Assembly: GCF_004010195.1 (NCBI RefSeq)
Contig: NC_057714.1
Span: 46,265,922-46,329,921 of the forward strand
Direction: 5' to 3'
DNA from: Chiloscyllium plagiosum
Taxonomy: Eukaryota
DNA: 64,000 nucleotides
Both the position numbers and the translations under genes were made by a program. Under the pieces are notes generated by a model that worked only from the letters and a program-made list of their open reading frames with translations, was not told where the DNA came from and did no database searches. Shown in pieces: positions 55,301-64,000 of the stretch (positions are counted from its first letter, which is position 1; each line of letters starts with the position of its first letter).

Positions 55301-58300
55301 ACAGTTTTTCAGCATTCACTTAGCATAAAATTATAAAGGGATATTGATCGACTATCTCCATTGTCTATAGTGTACCTAGCTTTGTGTTATCAACAACTTT
55401 GTACTTTCTATGCCATTATCCAATTCATTAATAATGAGTGTGAATAATTGAGGCAGAACACAGATCCTTTTGGGACATTATGATCACACCCTGCCAATTT
55501 GAGTACCTATCCATTATCTGTATGTTCTGCCACCTGCCATTCAACCAATTTCCCAGCCATGTCAGCAGTTTGCCCTCATTTGCATGGACGTCTAGCTTAG
55601 TTAACAGTCTTCGATGTGAGACTTTCTCATTTGGAAGTCCATGTAAACATTCATAAGACACTCCCCTGTCCACTTACTTAGTCACTTCCTCAAAGAATTT
55701 CAGGCATGACCTACCTGACATGTTGGTTCTCCCTGATTAACTGAAAATTTTCAAGGTGTTCAGTTATCCCATTTTTGATTATAGACTCCGACAATTTCCC
55801 ACAGATGTTAGGCTAACTGGTCTGTAATTGCCTGGTTTTCCTCTTTCACCCTTAAAAAAAAACACTAAGTGACATGTACAATTTTACAGTCAAGAGGGAC
55901 GATTCCTGTATCTGAGGAATTTTGGAAGGTTATAGTTAAGAAGTCTACAAATTTGCTCCTTTACATCATTTAACACCCTCTGTTGTGAATTGTCGAGTTC
56001 TGGAAATTTGCCACTTTTTATTTCGATTAATTTTCATATCACTGGTGTTTTACTTATGTTAATTTTATTCAGTCCCTGTTCCACTGTTAATATCCTTAGA
56101 ACTTCTGGCAAGCTATTCTGCTTTTCTACTGTAAGTACTTAAGCAAAGTAATTATTCAACATATCTATTATATCCTCCGAGTCATTGACAATATCCCCAC
56201 TTTCGATCTCTAGTGGGTCAATATTGCTCCTGAACACCTGCTTTCTCTTTATGCAACTATAAAAAGTTTCTTCTTATTGATTTTGATGTCTCCAGCAATT
56301 TTCCTTTCATAAACTCTTATAAGCTGCTTTGTGCCCATTTGCTGGTCCTGGTCCCCTTTCCATTCAGCAGGATCTGTTTTTTGCAAGCCTTTTCATTTGG
56401 TTTTATGCTATCACTTCTCTCACTTTGTTTTTTTTTCTGGAAGGTGGTGCCTTTTTCTCTCAGTGGTGTAAACTGGTCTTGTGTTGTGACAAATGTTTCT
56501 TGAAACATCCTCCACTGCTCTTCAGTTGATTTGTCCATAAGCAAATTTTCCCAATTTATTGTGAACAGTCATCTCATTAAAGTTGACCTTACGCAAATCT
56601 AAATCTCTAATAACTGATCCATACTTTTCACTTTCAAACGAGACATTGAACTCGGTCATGTTATGATCACTATTTGATAAATGTTCATACACAATTAGGT
56701 GACTAATTGAATCTGGCTCATTACAAAATCCAATATTGCTTGTCCCTTGTTACATCCAGGATTTACTGCTGCAGGAAACGATCCCGGACACACTCCAGAA
56801 ATTTACTATCTTTCAGAAAGGGTGCTTTTCTGCCTCTCCCAATCATTTAAAGTTAAAATCCCTCATTAATACCCCTTTGGCTTTGCTATACACTTGTTTA
56901 ATTTCTGTATTTATACAATCTAGCACTTCAGAGCTGCTATTGGGGGTTCTGTATACAACACTGATTACAGGTTTAGATCTTTAATGTTCCTCAGTTCCAC
57001 CCATACAGTCTTCACTGAATGTTTTGCCCTCATTATGTCCTTCCTCACCATTGAAGTAATTTTGTTTCTAATCAGTAAGGCTAGTCAAACCACTTTGCCA
57101 ATTTCCTGGTTCATCCTGTAAAATCTATGAACTGACTTATTTAGTTCCCATTCCCAAGTGTTTTGCAGCTGTGTCTCAGTTATGGTTATTATATCATAGC
57201 CTCCGATTTAAATTTATGCCTGCACCTTACTCAATTTACTCCTTACATTCCACGCATTCATACATTCAGGCCAAACTCTGTAACCCGGCCCTCAGCACTG
57301 ATGCTTTATTCATAGATTTACTATTTCTTTCAGTTGAATCAATACACTTTTTATTGTTTTGTCATTCCCTACTGTGTTTGAAGTAGGATTCCTGACTGCT
57401 TTACCCTGTCATGTTACTTAAATTTGAAACTACACTGATTTCGCCAAAGCCCTCCTCACCATTTACTAATTTAAAGTCCCTGTGACCACCCAATTTAGCT
57501 TTTCCACTTGGACATTGGTCCCAGATTGGTTCAGGTCGAGCCCATCCCAATGGTACAGTTTCTTCCTGTTCTAATATCGACACCACAGCCCCACGAGTTG
57601 GAACCCTTCTTTTAGCCATGCAGTCACTTACCTAATTTTCTTACCTCTACGCCTATTTGCACATGGTTCAGGTAATATTCCAGAGATTACAACCTTTGAA
57701 GTCCTATTTCTTAATTTTGTTCTTAATTTTTGATATTCCTAAAACAGGACCTCTTTCCTAGATTTGTGGGTCCAATTTTGTTGATCCTCCCCTCAACAAT
57801 ATCCTTTCATGCCAGTTAGAGATGTCCCTTACCTTGACACCACTCAGGCAATAGATCATTCTGGACTCTCTAATCATGCTTACAAAAGGATACTTTCTGT
57901 ATCCATCATCATGGAATCTTCTACCACAGTCAGTTTTTCTCCTTCTTCCCCCACAAGAATGGCCTCCTTTATCACAGTGTGATGGTCAGTTTGCCAATCC
58001 TCCCTCACATCCTTTTCCTCAAACACACAGGTAGCAAATTTGACTGCTGGTGAGGGGCAGGAGAATGTGACAAGTGAGGCAGGTAGCCGGATGCTGAATT
58101 TAGCATTGCAGGAACCTCAGTTCTTGAACATGTCCAACATGAGGTACTTTCTATTATTCCTTCATTGGATGAGAAATCTCTGATTGGCCAGTATTTATTG
58201 CCCTTTCCAGATGGTCTTGAGATGGTGGTGATGAACTGCCTCTTGAATTGCAGCAGTCCAATATACTTTAGGTAAACCCACAATGGCCTTCAGTTCACCA

Positions 58301-59450
58301 CCACCTTCTCTAGGGCAACTAGGGACAGGAAATAAATGCTAGCTGTTCTAGCCACACCAACATCCCATGAGTGAATTAAAAAAAAGTACTCATATCTGTT
58401 GCTCAAGGTCAAGATCTGAGGCTCCTCCAATGCTAAATTCAGAATCTCTTGATCTGCCTCACTTACAGTCACATCCTCCTGTCCCTGATCTTCGGCCAAA
58501 TTTGAAGTACTTACCTACACGGTATGGCTGGTCCTGAAATACAGCATCCAGGTAATTATCCCCCTCCCTGAAGTGCCACAGACTTCCAGCTCATCACTTC
58601 TGATCTCATATCCTTTAGCAACCAACACTTGTTACAGATGTGGTCACTCTGAACCACAATGAGGTCCACCAGCTCACACATCATGCAGGTACAACACATC
58701 ACCTGGCCCTGCATATCTTAAGTTAATTTTTAGTTTTTATTGTATATTTACATTTCCTACCAGTCTTTAATTTTTTAATCTAAAATATTTCTCAAACTTA
58801 TTTTAAATTCCTTTCGGATTAAAGGTAAGTATTGAAATTTGCAGCTACAGTGGCTTACAGCTTTTCCTGTAATGTCACTTTTTCTCCCTGCACTGTTTCT
58901 GATCCCTAAGTGTCCTCCCTCATTGGTTCCGCTCTCTCTCTCTTTCCGGGATTGCACAGCTAAGTGAGTAGGCCTGGAGCCTCAACCTCAATTTTTTACT
59001 TCCTGCTCAGTCCCTGCATCCACCCCAGCTGGCTCCTCTTTCCTCTGATGTCCCAAATTCACTAAAGACCCGATTTGGATATTAAAGAGAAAAAGTACTC
59101 AGCAATGATTAAAAAAGATGGACTGACCAACACCGCCCCCCCCCCCCCCCACGCCTCCTTTCACCGAACTCCATGTTTCATCAAACTCCAGTTACACTCT
59201 GCTGCAATGAAGTAGCATTCCAGTACAGGCAAGGCAGCCCTGAAGGAACCCTCTTTTCATAGCCCCTAACTCTGAAACTTCTGGAACTGGATAAAACCAG
59301 TTGTCTAATTAACTAGCTTCAGTGCTGTACAGTACCTGTAAATTCTTGTTTTAAAGCTGCACCCAATCAATAGTACAATCTTTAGTTAATTGCTAAATTG
59401 AAGGACAGACTAGACTTTAGATTGAAATTAGCCCTTAAATTAAATAATTC
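52390..59450 (-). mobile_element. Near full-length degenerate CR1 with a younger CR1 nested at about 53040-55280 (spanning the N gap)
   Basis: Host has LYKTLVRPYLEYC at 52685-53056, RT and endonuclease relics at 55300-57250, and ORF1 relics to about 58710. Nested copy has endonuclease GVYYRPPNS..VVMGDFNFP..GEHFGDGDHNSV and a TTCTATATTCTATG tail at about 53040. Confidence 0.85.
53293..54032. other. Assembly gap (740 N)
   Basis: N run inside a young CR1 copy. Confidence 1.
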
Positions 59451-59599
59451 AACACGATATAAATGTATCAATAAAAACCTATTTCATTCTTTAAAACAGG
59501 AAGAGAAAATGCTCAAAATACTCAGCAGGTATGCCAACATCTGTGCATGAAAACAGATTTGCAGCATCCATGGCATTTTGCTTTGGTATTCAGCACAAA

Positions 59600-60288
59600 A
59601 ACAAATTTTAAAAAAATAATAATTTATTTATATATAATTCTAAAAAGACAGTAGTTTATTTCATGCATTTCTTATATCCACACAAGTTTTCCATCCCTTT
59701 GTTCCTGCATTATAAGCGCTTTAACAATCATTTATCCCTTATACAGTTTCTATTTTAAAATAGCATTTGTTTTAAACTGCATTTCACAAGCAAAAATTTT
59801 ACATCTAAAATTTCTCCTCACATTCTGAAACCATGAATTGTTTCATTTTGTCTCGATTGAAGCCTGCAATCTTTTTTCCCTTTTAAAAATAACAGAAAAG
59901 TAAACTATGCAAGATTGTACAAATCACAAAGCAACAGGGACCCATTCAAGTCCAAAAAGCAGTTTGATTAGTTTTAGTTATCTGATACAGTGATCAAGGA
60001 AGGGCAAAGAAACCAAATATCCAGACAGAGAGCCATGAATAAATCATCATGAACAAAGACCTCATAATGTCTGGCATTCAAAAATGGACAAAAATCTACA
60101 TTCACTCAAGCTATCCCCTCCACCTCACCCACCCCTTGATGCTTTCCATCAATGTTTTAGGCACCATGGTGATACAAATTGCACTTTGCTTCAATGCATT
60201 AAATTTTAACTTCACTTAGCATTGATTTCTCTTTGACAATTACTTAAGTCAAAGCATTACTGTTTACTCTGGAAAATTGTGAATAGCC
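59600..60288 (-). terminator. Putative 3' UTR and polyadenylation signals of the GALNT4-like gene
   Basis: Non-repetitive AT-rich stretch after the stop codon. AATAAA on the minus strand at 59655-59660 and 59623-59628, followed by a U-rich tract. Confidence 0.6.
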
Positions 60289-60417
60289 CTATTCAAAATG
60301 CCAGATTTGATTATTGTCCTGTGAATTGCAAATTCTCATTTCAACATCCATCCGTCCTTCAGCTGTATAATAGGAAGTAATGCACTTGTTCGATTTTGGA
60401 TGGAAAATCATTCCGTT
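60289..60417 (-). CDS. Terminal coding exon of a second GalNAc-transferase, GALNT4-like (last repeat of the ricin-type lectin domain)
   Basis: Acceptor tgtttatttacag| (phase 0), then NGMIFHPKSNKCITSYYTAEGRMDVEMRICNSQDNNQIWHFE*. Has the ricin-B C..C and QxW pattern and resembles the recalled human GALNT4 C-terminus DGTIFHPHSGLCLSAYRTPEGRPDVQMRTCDALDKNQIWSFEK. Confidence 0.85.
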   Translation of the reverse strand, partial: NGMIFHPKSNKCITSYYTAEGRMDVEMRICNSQDNNQIWHFE

Positions 60418-62819
60418 CTGTAAATAAACAATGCAGTTATTACACATAATATACATACAAGTTTTACCATACCAACATTGTTCAGCTTTACCATGGGACA
60501 TTAAGGCTGGAACTAAACACTTTTCCAGTTCTACCAACATCAATATGAAATTCTGCCAGTTAAGGAGAAGCACAAAGTAAAACTCCATTAGTGTACGTCA
60601 AAAATCTGAAGACAAGTAAGGTGTTAATATGTGATATGTATTAATATATCACGAAACATTGTCATTTTCTATGCAGGCCAGGCCACAGGTAGAATATGGA
60701 TCTTAGAACAAATTCAGAAGAAAATGATGAGTTGATTGAGAGATGTCCTAATGGAGTTATTGAAAGTGATGCAAGTATTTAATAGGAGGAGAAACCTGTT
60801 CCTCTGGTGGGGCGATCCAAAACAGGAGGATTCAAGCTTAAAATGAGAGCAACGGTATTCAGAAGGGAAATCAGAGAAACACTTTTTCCCCCACGCAAAG
60901 TAGTTAAATTAAGACTCATTACGTAAGGAGTCATTGTTTGATCAACTGAAATTTCCAAAACCACATTTGGGTAATTGAAGCCCCACTTTATAATTACTCT
61001 ATGATGCTGATATTTTTCTGTAATTTCCCTACAGGCTTGTTCCTCTACAGCTTTTCCACTAGTTGTTGTTCTATAGACTAAACTGAACAAAGTGTTCAGT
61101 GAGAAAGGGTGAACCATCTTCCCTCTTTTCAGCCTCTTCAGTTGGTATAACAAAGTTTTTTGAGAGAGCAAATTTATTACCGCCAAACCCCAAGAAAAAT
61201 AAAAAGAAGAACAAGCATACACCTGCATGCAGTCACTCAGGCACGTACACACTCAAGTACAAATTTGAAAAGGAATAGGGATGAATACAAATGAATGTAT
61301 AAAGAATATGTTTGGTTCAGAATCCTTTGAATGTCCTCAAGAATCAAGATTTCAATCTGAGACTTAAGGTTGGTTAGTTGGTTTTTTTAGATGCAGTCAG
61401 TATTAGTGAATTTTACTTTTTTTTTAAAGAGGTCTTAGTTTTCTGATCTTCCTTTCAATCAGTGCTGTCAAACAGGCACTTTTCTTATTGGAGGAAGAGA
61501 GATCAGTTGTCCATTCCGAATCTCATTTCTCTTGATCTGTCAAAAAAGCTCGTCAAAATATTAGCTGTTTGTACATTCCACGCCTATGGAGGTAGGCAAT
61601 AACAGATGTTTCAGGTCCAATATGCAAACATTCCCATATAGTGCAAATCAAATAGGAGATGTTGACCTTCTCATGCTCCCCATGGAGGGTGACTGACCAA
61701 TTTAATTGTCCTCAGAGAAAATGTTAATTTCAGTTTAGCCTATATTTGGTCTAATCTGTGTGAGTTTCATAAAACTCAGCCAACATTTATGGGTCAGGCA
61801 ATCGATGAAGCCTTTTAACTTCATCTTTCAGTTTTTTTTGTAAAAACTGTTTCCATCCATGCAAGTCCTGGTATTAAATGAGCAGACAGAATTCCGAAAC
61901 CAATATTCTGTAATTTCTATCATCATAAATAATTCAACAGCCTTGTGAGTTGAATGCCTTACTCAGGTTCTTGTATATGTAGCTTAACTGCACTAAGGTT
62001 CTTGCTGGAGCTTAGGAAGCTGAAATAGCAATGGCTTGAGAAGATATGATTAATGTATTCAAAATAGGAGAGGGATTAGACTCTGATTATAATGGATAAG
62101 CGATTCAAACTAAGTAGAACAGGAAGGTACCTCAAAACAATGAAAAACAGCAAGCAATTCTTCTGATGAACTGACCAGTACTCCTTTCTCAACCAATAAT
62201 AAAAAGCCATTGTTTCCAATACTATTTAAATATCTGCATACATAAGTCATTGCACTTCCACCAAGGTGAGGAGAGATATGTGGATAATGTACAAAATAAA
62301 TGTAAGTTTGTCCTTCCTGTTTCACCTCTACAGCCCCATATTTTTGCACAAGAATTTTGAAAGCTTACATTATGTTTGAATGCCATCCAAAAGTAGGACA
62401 AAGATTTTTTCAAAACATAGCCAAACATTCTTGGCCAACTTTCACAAATAGCCTTTCAGATTTGGTGGAATGCCTTAACAGAGAGATGCAGTTCTTCATT
62501 CATCTTCATCTTCATCTTGAAGCAAAGCATCTCAAATTTTAGGGAAAATGAATGAAACATAGACACAAAATTTTCATTGATCAAATAATCTGGCATTAGT
62601 TAAGCCATTTTTTCTGACTCACAAAGCACAATAAACTGATTCACTGAATCGCTTTGCAAGACAAACTAATTTGTGCCACATCTGTATTGTATTTTGAAGT
62701 GTGTTCATGTACGAAGTTGCCTTGCAACTCAGCTTCCAGGAATATAACATTATTCAAAGACCTCCTGGATGGAACTATATCTTGAAATTCATAAACTGAC
62801 TGAAAGAAAAATACTTCAT

Positions 62820-64000
62820 CCCATGATTTGTCTGTTTGTCTGGTGATTCCATCTGCAGTCAGCCTCCTCTTCTGATTCCCAAGATTCATGGATGCCAGTC
62901 ATAAGTCATATCAATCCATTTCACATGATATCATAAAATGGCTGAAGGTACTGGATCAATCAAAGCTCTACACCCTGCCAACATCCTGACTGGTATATTG
63001 AAAACAATTTCTTCTTCACAGCTAACCATGCACATTGCCAAAGTGTTCCCGCACAATTACAACACCAGTAACTATATGATATTATGAGAAATAGCCCAAA
63101 TAGGTCCTGACCGCAAAAAAAGCAGGATAAACCAATTATAGCAATTACCATTCCATTACTCTACTCTCAATCAACAGCAAGGTGAGGAAGATATCATTAC
63201 CAGTGTTACCATGTGGCACTTCCAACTGTGACCATGTGGAAAATTACACAGGTACTTCCCGTAATCAAAATGCAGGACAAGTCAAACCCGGTCAATTACT
63301 ACCCATCTGAAGTGATGGAAGGTGTCCTAAACAGTGCTATCAAGCAGGATATTCCGAGCAATAACTTTCTAACTGACACTCAGTTTGGGTACCGCCAGGA
63401 CCACTCAGCTCCTGACCTCATTACAACCTTGGTTCAATTCCAGAGATCATAGAATCCCTACTGTGTAGAAACAAGCCATTCGGCCCAACACGTCCACACC
63501 AACCTTGTGTTGAGAGTCATTGCCTTTGATATCAAGGCTACGTTTAACCAAGTGTAGCACCAAGGATTTCTAGCAAAGCTAGAATCAATGCATATCAGTG
63601 TGCAAACTCTCACTGGTTGGAGCCATTACTGGCTCAAAGGAAGGTGGTTGTCATTGTTGGAGGTCAGTCATTTCAGCTACAGGACATCTCTGCAGAAGCA
63701 CCTCAGGGTAGTGTCCTAGGCCCAACCATCTTCAGCTGCTTCATCAATGACCATCCCTCCGTCATAAGATCAGAAGTGGGGATGTTAGGTGATGACTGCA
63801 CAATGTTCAGCACATTCATGACTCCTCATATACTGAAACAGTCAATGTCCAAATGCAAGTGCTGGATAATAACCAGGTTTGGTCTGACAAGTGAGAGTAA
63901 CATTTGTGCTACACAAGTGACAGGTAATGACTGACTATCTCCAACAACAGACAATCTAACCATTGCCCCTTTGCAATCAATAGTATCACCAATCACTCAA
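62820..64000 (+). mobile_element. RT relic of the second LINE family in the last intron of the GALNT4-like gene
   Basis: ORFs QFGYRQDHSAPDLIT and PQGSVLGPTIFSCFIND..GDDCT. Confidence 0.8.

Noticed and set aside
60418-60588. Upstream part of ORF 60289-60588 as coding, which would imply an intronless GALNT4
   Set aside because: No GALNT similarity upstream of the AG acceptor at 60418-60419, so it is intron sequence.
60430-64000. Penultimate exon of the GALNT4-like gene
   Set aside because: I found no FFEYT or lectin-like peptide with splice sites by eye; it probably lies beyond the window.
1-64000. CRISPR array or other prokaryotic system
   Set aside because: No regularly spaced direct repeats or gene-dense coding; the sequence is spliced vertebrate DNA.

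Overview
Vertebrate genomic DNA, most likely a shark or other elasmobranch (inferred from HE1-type SINEs and shark-type CR1 and Penelope repeats). It is mostly repeats and shows no prokaryotic features such as operons or CRISPR arrays. The minus strand carries coding exons 1-3 of GALNT12 (46064-46461, 14819-14988, 149-338; GT-AG introns of about 31.1 kb and 14.5 kb, with compatible phases) and a CpG-island promoter. About 14 kb upstream on the same strand lies the spliced terminal coding exon (60289-60417) of a second GalNAc-transferase whose C-terminus resembles GALNT4, a gene that is intronless in mammals. The remainder is nested retroelement debris: CR1 LINEs, HE1 and other SINEs, a Gypsy relic, a solo LTR, a Tigger-like MITE, a tRNA-Gly pseudogene, and a family of short fold-back Penelope-derived insertions, one of which keeps a minimal hammerhead ribozyme core. 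Most ORF-track entries are repeat fragments or noise. Family names come from recalled motifs, not database searches, and repeat boundaries are approximate unless a target-site duplication (TSD) is quoted.
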